Assembly (NCBI GenBank): GCA_964486045.1
Contig: CAZALK010000009.1
Location: 64,001 to 128,000, forward strand
DNA from: an uncultured archaeon
Lineage (GTDB): Archaea > Asgardarchaeota > Lokiarchaeia > Sigyniarchaeales > SOKP01
Direction: 5' to 3'
Length of the DNA stretch: 64,000 nt
Part shown: piece by piece, positions 51,075 through 60,627 of the stretch
How positions within the stretch are numbered: the first letter of the stretch is position 1
Layout: every line of letters starts with the position of its first letter
Notes under the pieces: model-generated
The model's input: the letters and a program-made list of their open reading frames with translations, nothing else
Database searches by the model: none
Told to the model about the DNA's origin: nothing
Made by a program: the position numbers and the translations under genes

Positions 51075-52940
51075 ATGTCAGAGTCAATATCCGGACAAAT
51101 TGAATAAGGTTATATTCTACTCAATGAAGGAAAAATCGACCAAGCTTTCCAAATAGTACTCGAAACAGAAAACCAAGAGAGCTTAACACCTGGTGAAATG
51201 TTACAAAATCAATTACTTAAAGGAACACTTTTACTTTTTCTGGGGAAGTTGGAAGAAGCTATTAAAATAGGAGAGAAAGCCTTCCAGGAGAGTGAGGCTC
51301 TAAACAACCCATGCCAATCAATTGAAGCTATTCTCCTGAAATTTGGAGCCTTATATAACCTTGGTAGATTCGATGAAGCATTGGGAGATATTAATTATAG
51401 TAAAAAATTACTCAAAAGTAATTATAGGTGGACTTCATCTGAATTAGAAAAATGTAAAGCTATGGTTGCTTTCATGAAGGGCTCTATTCATCATCAAAGG
51501 CACGAACTAGATCTTGCATTAAAAAATCTCATGAAAAGTTTAGCTTTATTAGAAAATTCTAAGTTATATTCCTTTATGATTCCGCAGCTGTTAGTTTTCA
51601 TTGGTGACACTTATCATTGGAAAGGGGAAGTGGAAGAAGCTCGCCAATCTCACGAAAGAGCCTTGACACTTTTAAAAGGTACTAGTCCACTCATTAAAAT
51701 AATGATCGCAACTTCTCATTATGGTCTTGGTGTAATGCATCATCAACAGGGTAAACCAGATTTAGCATTAGAAAAATATAAAAAAAGTCTAAATATTTTC
51801 GAAAAGCATTGGATACCTTTTTACGTTGGTGCAGTTTACGATCGCATTATTATAGTTTACCTTGATCAGAACGATTGTGAACAAGCAAGAAATTACTTAA
51901 CTCGATTTCAGCAGTTCAATGAACAAATTAGTAATTTGAATAATAAAATCGTCTATGACACTAATTTCTATGAATTATCACGAGCAAGAATATTAAAGTC
52001 AAGTACTCGAACCCGAGATCGGGCAAAAGCTGAAAAAATTTTAAAAGGTCTAATTAAAAGAGAAATGAATATAAACTCTCCAATAAAATTCTTCTTGCGG
52101 GGGCAAGTTCAATTAGCCTTAGTAGTACTCTGTGAATTATATTTTACAGAGTTACATCTCACAAACGATTTGAGAATTCTTGATGATATTGAACCTCTAA
52201 TTGAAAAATTGACTAAAGAAGCAGAACGATCAAGTTCTAGTTTTCTATTAGCTAATGTTTACTTATTACAAGGTAAAATTGCTTTGCTTCGAATGAATAT
52301 GGGGGAGGCTCGGCGCTATTTAACACAAGCTCAGCATATTGCAGAACCTAAAGGTCTTCAGTTGCTAGCCAAAGCTATATCACGAAATCATGATAAGCTT
52401 TTGGACCAGTTGGATGAATGGGAGAACCTTAAAAAGAAAAAAGCTTCAATATCAGAACGCATGGATTTAGCCCTAGTTGATGAAACAATTGATCAGATAC
52501 AAGGAAGGCGCAATATTGAAGATTTAGAGATCAAGGATGAAGACTCGGTTCTACTAATGATATTAACTGAGGGAGGTTCGTTATTGTTTTCTTATCCTTT
52601 CGCTAAAGAATGGAAAATGGATGAAGATCTCCTTGGAAGTTTCCTGTCTGCATTCACTTCATTTAGTGAGGAATTTTTTTCGCAGGAACTGGACAGAGCT
52701 AAGTTTGGCAAATTCACCGTTCTCATAAAATCTCTCTTCAATTTTACCGTTTGCTACTTATTTAAGGGTCAGTCTTATCTGGCAATAAAAAAACTCGCAA
52801 AGTTCGTTAAGATCATCAGCGAGAATGATTCCGTCATCGAGACCTTCCGGAAATTTCAAAACACTAACCAGTTATTGGAAATCAGCGATTACCCGTTTCT
52901 CAAATCGTTCATCACTGAACTTTTTGTAAAAAATGAGTGA
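51075..52940 (+). pseudogene. TPR protein with C-terminal longin/roadblock-like domain; in-frame TAA at 51105-51107
   Basis: ATG 51075 is in frame with 51198 (MSESISGQIE*GYILLNEGKIDQAF); TPR-like helices; tail LLMILTEGGSLLFSY...LLGSFLSAFTSFSEEFF. Confidence 0.8.
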
Positions 52941-53291
52941 AAAATCAACTTGAATCAATTTGCTCATAGAAAGTAAATCTATTTATGTAATACCAACACT
53001 ATGATAATTCAGATCCTAAATCTTAAATATAAAAGTTGCTGAATATGAGTTAAAAAAGACATAAAGAATCATGAACAGAGATAAAACGCAGGAAAAAGAA
53101 AGAGAACATGCTGAGAATGAGATAAATTTTTATGATATCATGTTAGAAGCTATCAAATTCGGACTGTTGAATTATATTGAATATTATTAAAGAAAAAATT
53201 CCCTGTCAAATTAATAAATACAGAATAGATAGAGAATCTTAAAAATAGCTTTTCTGATAATTTATGTGCCTAAAATTTTAATTCCTTATTT

Positions 53292-53648
53292 TTGACGTTT
53301 TTTATTTATAATAATTTACCAAATCCTACTCATTTGTACCATTTTAAAATTAATTTTGTTCGAATATATGCAGATCATAACTTCATTCCAGAAGGTAAAA
53401 ATGGTCTAGAATTAACTATCAGACCCAGATTTCAAGAAAAGAAGGAACCTTTGAAAGTTATGGTGGATGGGAGATGTCCTTATTGTAATGGTAATAAATA
53501 TAGGAAAATAAATAAAGGTTTAATAGAAATCACAAACCAAGAAACATCAGAAAAATCCTATATCTTCGAGTATTATGAAAATTTGCTATATTGTCAAAAT
53601 CCCGAATGTCGTGAAAAATTTTTGTTAAAAAAGACTTCTGAAAGTTAA
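53292..53648 (+). CDS. Small zinc-ribbon protein (start uncertain, possibly ATG 53460)
   Basis: CPYC ... CQNPEC. Confidence 0.5.
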   Translation: MTFFIYNNLPNPTHLYHFKINFVRIYADHNFIPEGKNGLELTIRPRFQEKKEPLKVMVDGRCPYCNGNKYRKINKGLIEITNQETSEKSYIFEYYENLLYCQNPECREKFLLKKTSES

Positions 53649-53657
53649 AAATGTAGA

Positions 53658-54296
53658 TTGTTGACAGAAGCTCAAAATAATGCCGAGGATCATGGCTTAA
53701 GATTATTATCTCAAAAGATCTCAATAGAACATGATAACTTACTGGGAAAATCAGAAGTTTGGCAAACTCTTAAGAACAATAAGGCCCCAATTTCAGATCG
53801 TATTAAATTGGCTTCCATTGATGGCGTTATTGGCCGATTACAAGGGAGTCGTGCGGTAGATCCTCCTGATATAATTGATGAGCAACCTACACTAATTTTA
53901 ATCATAGCTGAGGGGGGATCACTTTTGTTTTCTCATAAGTTTGTAGAAGAATTTTCATATGAAGAAGATGTAATCAGTGGTTTTTTAACCGCTTTTAGCA
54001 CCTTTAGTGGAGAAATTTTTTCCAAGGGACTCGATAGAGCCAAATTTGGCGAAGATACTATACTAATGGAATCAGTTGGCCAATTTTCTGTTTGCTATCT
54101 ATTTAAAGGGCAAACATATCCAGCAATGCAAAAACTAAGTCAGTTTAAAGGAAAAATTGAAAACTCAACCCCTATATTGCAAACGCTTGAGAAGTTTTAT
54201 AACACAAGCCAAGTTCTTGAATTAAAGGATGATCCTTTACTTAAGTCGTTAATAGATGAGATATTTATTAGGAAAAGCGTTAAATTAAATGTTTAA
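53658..54296 (+). pseudogene. 3' fragment of a second TPR/longin-like paralog
   Basis: Begins mid-helix (LTEAQNNAEDHGLRLL vs LTQAQHIAEPKGLQLL) and aligns with the last ~210 aa of the upstream protein. Confidence 0.8.
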
Positions 54297-54529
54297 ATAA
54301 CTCAAAGAATTCTCTTTTTCTCAATCTTCATTTTATTTAATTTCAAAACTCTTAGGAATTGTCCCTATGCCTATTGAAAAGATTTTCAATTTAAGATTTT
54401 AAGATTTATGAAAAGAATTTATCCCATACTTCTTGTAGGCTGAACTCGATAAATAACCTTTTCACTATTTTTAATTTAATAGGGTAAATATATTTAATAA
54501 ATATGAACAATACCTATTGAGTGAAAAAC

Positions 54530-54835
54530 ATGAAAGTTTTAAGTAAAGAAGAGATATTCAAGCTTCTTAAGCAACATAAAGAAGAATTAAAAAAGTATTT
54601 TGTAAGAAAGATTGGAATTTTTGGCTCCGTTTTGAGAGGAGATAATACTAATGAGAGTGATATCGATTTTATAGTTGAGTTTGAGGTTGGAAAAAAAAAT
54701 TATGATAATTTTATCGAATTGGCCTTTTTATTAGAACGTCTTTTGCAGAGAAAAGTAGAATTACTCACGACTGAAGCTCTCAGTCCTTATATGAAGCCTA
54801 AGATTCTAAAGGAGGCTTATTTTGAATCAATCTAA
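54530..54835 (+). CDS. mntA: Minimal nucleotidyltransferase (MNT) antitoxin
   Basis: IGIFGSVLRGDNTNESDIDFIVEF (GSx10DxD), LERLLQRKVEL. Confidence 0.9.
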   Translation: MKVLSKEEIFKLLKQHKEELKKYFVRKIGIFGSVLRGDNTNESDIDFIVEFEVGKKNYDNFIELAFLLERLLQRKVELLTTEALSPYMKPKILKEAYFESI

Positions 54836-55016
54836 AGATTATATGGACAAAATCAATCACATAATTGATGAGATTACTTATTTATTAACCAATTTAAAAG
54901 GATTAACGCATGATAAGTTCATTAAAGATGAAACGCTAAAGAGAGCATTTGTTAGAAGTTTGGAGATTATTGGAGAAGCCGTAAAAACCATTCCTAAACA
55001 TGTACGTGAACAGTAA
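54822..55016 (+). pseudogene. hepT: Truncated HEPN (DUF86/HepT) toxin
   Basis: DETLKRAFVRSLEIIGEAVK; ends at 64 aa, before the catalytic Rx4-6H motif. Confidence 0.85.
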
Positions 55017-55029
55017 ATAATATATTTAA

Positions 55030-55320
55030 CTATAAATAATACTTTTTAACTTCAGTTATTACTAGATCAATTAAGTCTTTAGTATTAACCGATAAATTCA
55101 TAGAGATTTTTCATAACTCTATGGCGTATTAATTATCGTCATTTTGATAATTTGTGAGTATAGCACCCAAACTGAAAGATAGTAGAAAATCAGGTTTCAG
55201 CTTTAAACATCTTTTAGAAATATCGAGTGTTGAAGATAAAAACATTGGATAATTTTGTCTATATTTGCCTACTTGATTATAAAAATGTTAGAAGTATAAA
55301 ATTTGTTCAATTAAAACCAT
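55030..55320 (-). pseudogene. Possible degraded small gene with three in-frame stops
   Basis: ATG 55320 to TAG 55030 in one frame with protein-like composition (MVLIEQILYF*HFYNQ...NDDN*YAIEL*KISMNL...KKYYL*); no family recognised. Confidence 0.35.
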
Positions 55321-55494
55321 TAATATTAAATACTAGATCTGTAGAAAAAAAAAAGTTTTCACAAATGTGAGATTTATTTAGTTATTTGTTTATTTTTTTT
55401 TGTTTTTTGTCGCTTATGTTTAGCAGATCGCTGATTTTATTAAACAAATATCAATAACTTTATTAGGTACAATGTGTATTTATAATATAAAAAG

Positions 55495-55516
55495 ATATGG
55501 GATCCATTTCCCATAT
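55495..55516. promoter_or_regulatory. Candidate operator: perfect 8-6-8 inverted repeat
   Basis: ATATGGGA-tccatt-TCCCATAT, just downstream of TATA-like TTTATAATAT (~55479). Confidence 0.6.
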
Positions 55517-55591
55517 TATAAAAAAATGAGATAATTAAGCGTAAGAGGAAAAGTAAGGCTATAAAAAATTTTTAAATAGGAGGTTTTAAAA

Positions 55592-55807
55592 ATAACAGTT
55601 CAAGAGTATTTTCGAACATGGGAAGAAATTTGCTTAGAAAAACTAAAAGAAATAGGAAGATCATCAGCCTCAGAATGGGCAAGGGCAATGGGATATGGAG
55701 AAAATCGTAATGGAGTAACAACCGTCATTAAAAGAATTAGAAAAACGATGCCAGAGAAATTGGTAATTTATTATAAACAAAGGCCTAGATTATACGAGGC
55801 TCAATAA
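55592..55807 (+). CDS. Small winged-helix-like DNA-binding protein, ATA start, absent from the ORF track
   Basis: 71 aa: TWEEICLEKLKEIGRSSASEWARAMGYGENRNGVTTVIKRIRK...RPRLYEAQ; SD AGGAGGT 7 nt upstream; in-frame TAG at 55577. Confidence 0.75.
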   Translation: MTVQEYFRTWEEICLEKLKEIGRSSASEWARAMGYGENRNGVTTVIKRIRKTMPEKLVIYYKQRPRLYEAQ

Positions 55808-55831
55808 ATAAGAAAAAGGATGTGAACAAAA

Positions 55832-56332
55832 ATATCATTAAAATGTCATCTTTGCGGAAAAGAGATTTATCATGACAGCAAGATATGTCAAATATGTGAA
55901 GAAACAGCTACCAAAAGTGCATTATCCCACAGTGGAAGAGAAGTCAAGAAGTGGAGATGTGATAACTTTTTAGAATTAAAAAGTTTACCATTTGGATGTA
56001 ATCTAGGTTCAGGAATCGAAATTGGCCCGAAAATGATTAATTGCCCTGAGTGCGGAGAGGAATACTCATATGGAAGAAAAATTAGCCATATTTGCCAGGA
56101 CAATTCAATTGAGTTTGGTAAAATATTCGAATTTGAACACCAAGGCCATAAGTGGAATTGTGATACGGCAATGGCATGCATGGAATTATTAACATCCAAT
56201 CTAGATTCAGTTGAATCATTTGTAGAAAAAATCCCGCGTATTGAAAAACTCGAGACAAACGATCATAAATGGAATGATTTAAAATTGAACATTGAGATAG
56301 ATGTGAAGAAGAACCATCTAATTTATGAATAA
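55832..56332 (+). CDS. Uncharacterised tandem zinc-ribbon protein (KWxC/LxYE family, copy B), ATA start
   Basis: The frame of ORF 56033..56332 is open back to ATA 55832: MSLKCHLCGKEIYHDSKICQICEE...KKWRCD, then MINCPECGEEYSYGRKISHICQD...HKWNCD...LIYE*; SD-like GGATGTGA 6 nt upstream. Confidence 0.82.
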   Translation: MSLKCHLCGKEIYHDSKICQICEETATKSALSHSGREVKKWRCDNFLELKSLPFGCNLGSGIEIGPKMINCPECGEEYSYGRKISHICQDNSIEFGKIFEFEHQGHKWNCDTAMACMELLTSNLDSVESFVEKIPRIEKLETNDHKWNDLKLNIEIDVKKNHLIYE

Positions 56333-56523
56333 TAATTTACAAATTTTTTAATTATTAATTCAATAATAAAAGGATTTAAGTAAAAAAGAGAGAAGTATTA
56401 CATAGATAACTCAAAGTAAATGTGAGTATATTGTAGTAGAGAAGAAAATTTAGTCAAGCAATTAAGATTAAGTTATTTCCTTAGCTTTTTTACGTAAGAT
56501 TTTCAAAAATTTTATAGAATTGA

Positions 56524-57891
56524 TTGATAAAATTAAAGAGGTTTAAAAAAATTCAGCAAGAGATTGTATTATTCCCGGGATGTGTAATTACTTATCGGCT
56601 CCCTTTTATTGAAGTTTCAATAAGAAAGGCTTTCGATTATTTAGGGATCGCATTCACAGAAAATTCAAAGTTTTCCTGTTGTCCTGAACCTAATGGAATC
56701 AAAAACTCGAATAAGTTATTATTTTCCATAGCTGCTGCACGGAATCTTGCTCTTGCTGAGAAGGAGAATAAATCTATTTTAACACCCTGTAATGGGTGTT
56801 TTACAACTTTCAAAAAAATAAAAGGTGAAATTGAGGAGGATCACCACTTCAGGAGGAAAGTTAATGATTATTTAGATAAAATTGATCTTAAAGTTCAGGG
56901 AGATTTAGAAGTTTATCATATGGTCGAATTCTTTTCTAAATTCAGAAGAGAAGCAATTAAGGATAATTTAAATTATACCTTGACTGGTTTAAGAGTTGCT
57001 GTGTTTTATGGTTGTCACTTCCTCAGACCAAGTAATATGGTGCAGATAGATGACCCGCTAGAGCCAACCATATTTGATAATTTAATTGAGGATTTAGGTG
57101 CTCAAAGTATTGATTATGATCTCAAGATGGAGTGTTGTGGGGGAAGCCTTGGGAGAGCAGGGAATCCAGCCCTATCATTAGAGATAATAAATGCGAAATT
57201 AGCCAGCATGAAGGAGAATAAAGTTGATTGCATAGTCGTGTGCTGTCCTCAATGTTTTATTCAGTTTGATCATTTACAACATGACTTAAAAAAAGATGAT
57301 CATAATTACGATATTCCCGTTTTATATTATTCAGAAATTGTTTGTATCGCATTAGGGATTGACATTCGAGAAATTATGAAAAAAAACCACAGAACACAAG
57401 TTGAATCCCTTTTTAACAAATTAGAAATCATCCAAGAGAAAAATAGTGAGATAAGAAAACATTTCGATCTTAATTTCTTACTCAAGTGTTATTCATGTAA
57501 AGCATGTGATGATGACTGTATTATTTCAACTAAGACTGAATTCAAACCGAGTGAAATTGTTGGTAGACTTCTTGAGGGAAAAGTTGAGGATGTAATATCA
57601 GATCCTTCAATTTGGTTGTGCCTTGATTGCTATTTATGTTATGAGCTGTGTCCTATGAGGGTTGGGGTGATTGAAATTTTTTCAATATTACGAAACCTTG
57701 CGACAGAACGAGGTCATACTACCAAGGGATATAAGGGTGAATTTGAATCCTTTTATCAAAAAGGAACTGTGGGTATGTTTTCAAAGTCAGCCCGTAAAAG
57801 AGTGGGCTTAGAATCTACAAAACCAAACGTTGGAGATTTGAAAGAATTATTTAATATTATTGAAAGAGAAAATGTAAAACCAGATTCTTAA
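56524..57891 (+). CDS. Heterodisulfide-reductase-like HdrB-HdrC fusion
   Basis: Two CCG domains (LFPGC, SCCP, PCNGC, YGCH, ECCG, CPQC), then CYSCKACDDDC and CLDCYLCYELCP; likely start ATT 56551. Confidence 0.92.
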   Translation: MIKLKRFKKIQQEIVLFPGCVITYRLPFIEVSIRKAFDYLGIAFTENSKFSCCPEPNGIKNSNKLLFSIAAARNLALAEKENKSILTPCNGCFTTFKKIKGEIEEDHHFRRKVNDYLDKIDLKVQGDLEVYHMVEFFSKFRREAIKDNLNYTLTGLRVAVFYGCHFLRPSNMVQIDDPLEPTIFDNLIEDLGAQSIDYDLKMECCGGSLGRAGNPALSLEIINAKLASMKENKVDCIVVCCPQCFIQFDHLQHDLKKDDHNYDIPVLYYSEIVCIALGIDIREIMKKNHRTQVESLFNKLEIIQEKNSEIRKHFDLNFLLKCYSCKACDDDCIISTKTEFKPSEIVGRLLEGKVEDVISDPSIWLCLDCYLCYELCPMRVGVIEIFSILRNLATERGHTTKGYKGEFESFYQKGTVGMFSKSARKRVGLESTKPNVGDLKELFNIIERENVKPDS

Positions 57892-57909
57892 AAAATAAAA
57901 AGGAGAAAA

Positions 57910-59103
57910 GTGATGAGATGGGAAAATTATACATCCTTACCGGAACAATTTAGGAATCAGAGGGTGTTTGATGGATGTGGAATCTCCGGTTTCATTAATA
58001 TTGATGGCAGCAGAGTTTCAGGGGATAAAGTAATTGATATGTTATGTATTTTAAAAGACAGAGAAAATGGCCTTGGTGCTGGTTTTGCAGGATATGGAAT
58101 TTATCCTGAGTTTAAAGATTATTATGCTTTTCATTTTCTTTTTGACAACGATAATGCTAAATTAAAATCATTAAAATATCTTGAAAAAAATGGCAGAATA
58201 ATAAAATCTGAGGTAATACCTACAAATCTACCATCTGGTATTGATAATCCTCCTATTATCTGGAGAGTATTTTTTGATCCTGAGAATTGCAAAAACCAAG
58301 ATTGCGATGAGAAAATCGTTCAATTAGTTATGGAAATCAATTCAAATATAGAAAATGCCTTTGTAATGTCATCTGGAAAAGATCTGGGTGTGTTTAAAGG
58401 GAATGGCTGGTCATATGAAATAGCTGATTTTTATAAAATTTCAGATTATGACGGATATATGTGGTTAGGACATTCAAGGTTCCCAACAAATACACCTGGA
58501 TGGTGGGGTGGTGCACATCCATTTAATCTGTTAAATTGTTCGGTGGTTCATAATGGGGAGATAACGTCTTATGGAACGAATAAAAGGTATTTAGATTCAT
58601 TTGGATATAAATGTACTCTTTTTACCGATACAGAAGTTATCGCATACTTATTTGATCTCTTATGTCGTAAACATAATATTCCGGTATATCTCGCTGCTAT
58701 TGCTTTAGCACCTCCATTATATAAAGATATTGAAAAATTAGATAAAAAATCTCAAATAATATTTAAAAACATAAGAGCGACTTATAAGAGCGCCATGTTG
58801 AACGGTCCGTTTTCTATTGTTGTTGGCTATTCAAATCCCGTCCCTACAATGATAGGATTGTCGGATAGAAAAAAGTTACGACCCTTAGTGGCGGGAATTT
58901 CTGAAGATAGAAACACAGTTTACATGAGTAGCGAGGAAGCCTCTTTCAAAAGATTGATGCTTAAAGATAGTGATTTTAATTTACAAGATATTTGGCACCC
59001 AAAAAGTGGGACTGCTGTTATAGCCAAAGTTGGGAAAGGATTAATAAGTGATGGACTCGAAATTCCGTTAAAAAAAGAAAAATTTTCTACAGTAGAGGTG
59101 TGA
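57910..59103 (+). CDS. gltB1: Glutamate synthase domain 1 (class II glutamine amidotransferase, GltB1)
   Basis: DGCGISG, RENGLGAG, GHSRFPTNT, HPF, VHNGEI, TDTE, DRKKLRP. Confidence 0.92.
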   Translation: MMRWENYTSLPEQFRNQRVFDGCGISGFINIDGSRVSGDKVIDMLCILKDRENGLGAGFAGYGIYPEFKDYYAFHFLFDNDNAKLKSLKYLEKNGRIIKSEVIPTNLPSGIDNPPIIWRVFFDPENCKNQDCDEKIVQLVMEINSNIENAFVMSSGKDLGVFKGNGWSYEIADFYKISDYDGYMWLGHSRFPTNTPGWWGGAHPFNLLNCSVVHNGEITSYGTNKRYLDSFGYKCTLFTDTEVIAYLFDLLCRKHNIPVYLAAIALAPPLYKDIEKLDKKSQIIFKNIRATYKSAMLNGPFSIVVGYSNPVPTMIGLSDRKKLRPLVAGISEDRNTVYMSSEEASFKRLMLKDSDFNLQDIWHPKSGTAVIAKVGKGLISDGLEIPLKKEKFSTVEV

Positions 59104-59115
59104 AAACTGGCATTA

Positions 59116-60627
59116 GTGCATGAAATTCTTCCATATTATCGAGTAAATGTTGATCGAGAATATTGCAAGAAATGCAAAAGATGTATAACTCACTGTTCAT
59201 TCGGAGCGTTGTCTTTTAATGGAGAAAGAATTGTTGCGACTGATAATAAGTGTGTAGCATGCCAAAGATGTGTGGTAATGTGCCCAGGTAAGGCAATACG
59301 CATTGTTAAAAATGATGCCTATTTACCTCAACATGGTAATTACACAAGAAAGATTCGAAATATGATATGGGCTCAATCTGGAAGCGGAGGTGTTTTACTT
59401 TCTGCAACTGGAAACGATAGACCAATTAGATCTATTTTTGACGATTTACTTCTTGATGCCTGCCAAGTAACAAATCCCAGTATCGATCCCTTAAGAGAAA
59501 CAATTGAGACTAAAATAGTTTTTGGGCGAAAACCAAAACAACTTGAATTCATTGGTGAATCAGATGATATAAATGAGATATCATTAAAGACCAAACTTTT
59601 TCCAAATTTTGATATAGATATGCCAATTATGGTTGGTCATATGTCTTTAGGGTCAATTAGCTACAATGCATGTCAAGCAATATATCAAGCAGCAAGTGAA
59701 TTAAATATTGTTGCAGGTTCAGGAGAAGGTGGTCTACATCAAGATTTTTATGAATATGCCCCAAATATCATTACAGAAGTTGCATCGGGAAGGTTTGGGG
59801 TAGATATTAATTATTTACACAACGCTGCGGGCTTAGAAATTAAGATAGGCCAAGGAGCTAAACCTGGTCACGGTGGTCATTTACCTGGTGAGAAAGTGAG
59901 TAGTTTAATTTCGCAAACACGAATGATTCCTCAAGGAAGTGATGCGTTATCTCCCTATCCTCATCATGATATTTATTCAATAGAGGATTTAGCCCAATTA
60001 ATAGCAGCATTAAAAGAAGCAACAAGATATAATGTTCCTGTGGGAGTAAAAATTGCTGCAGTTCATAACTCCGCTCCCATAGCTGTAGGAATTGTTAGAG
60101 GTGGTGCTGATTTTCTAACAATTGATGGTTTTAGAGGTGGAACAGGAGCTGCTCCAAGAATTATTCGAGATCATGCAGGAATTCCTATAGAATTAGCAAT
60201 TGCTGCCGTGGATGAAAGATTAAGACAAGAAGGATTACGAGAAGAGATAACATTAATTGCTGGAGGTTCAATTCGATATTCTGCCGACCTAATCAAAGCT
60301 ATTGCGTTAGGAGCTGATGTAGCAATGTGTTGTATGCCAGTATTAATAGCAATGGGATGTCGAGTTTGTCAACAATGTTTTAAAGGTACTTGCTCATGGG
60401 GAATCGCAACTCAACAAGAATATTTAGTGAAGAGATTAGATATTGATGTTGCGAAAAAAAGAATTATAAATTTATTTCATTCTTGGAATGAAGAATTAAA
60501 AGAAGTATTAGGAGCGATGGGTATTGATTCTGTAGAGTCGCTCCGTTCAAATAGGGATCGGTTAAGATATATCGGTCCTAATCCGCGTATTGCGGATATA
60601 TTGGGAGTAAAACATGCTGGGGAATAA
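59116..60627 (+). CDS. gltB2: Glutamate synthase FMN-binding domain 2 with N-terminal 2x[4Fe-4S] ferredoxin (GltB2)
   Basis: CKKCKRCITHC, CVACQRCVVMCP, MSLGSIS, SGEGG, EIKIGQGAKPGHGGHLPGEKV, HHDIYSIEDL, CRVCQQCFKGTC; start may be CTG 59107. Confidence 0.96.
   Translation: MHEILPYYRVNVDREYCKKCKRCITHCSFGALSFNGERIVATDNKCVACQRCVVMCPGKAIRIVKNDAYLPQHGNYTRKIRNMIWAQSGSGGVLLSATGNDRPIRSIFDDLLLDACQVTNPSIDPLRETIETKIVFGRKPKQLEFIGESDDINEISLKTKLFPNFDIDMPIMVGHMSLGSISYNACQAIYQAASELNIVAGSGEGGLHQDFYEYAPNIITEVASGRFGVDINYLHNAAGLEIKIGQGAKPGHGGHLPGEKVSSLISQTRMIPQGSDALSPYPHHDIYSIEDLAQLIAALKEATRYNVPVGVKIAAVHNSAPIAVGIVRGGADFLTIDGFRGGTGAAPRIIRDHAGIPIELAIAAVDERLRQEGLREEITLIAGGSIRYSADLIKAIALGADVAMCCMPVLIAMGCRVCQQCFKGTCSWGIATQQEYLVKRLDIDVAKKRIINLFHSWNEELKEVLGAMGIDSVESLRSNRDRLRYIGPNPRIADILGVKHAGE

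Noticed and set aside
55820-55845. Frameshift from GTG 55822, or ATG-TGA read-through, as the start of zinc-ribbon copy B
   Set aside because: Those codons lie inside the SD-like GGATGTGA, and ATA 55832 reproduces the paralog's M-x-x-K-C spacing
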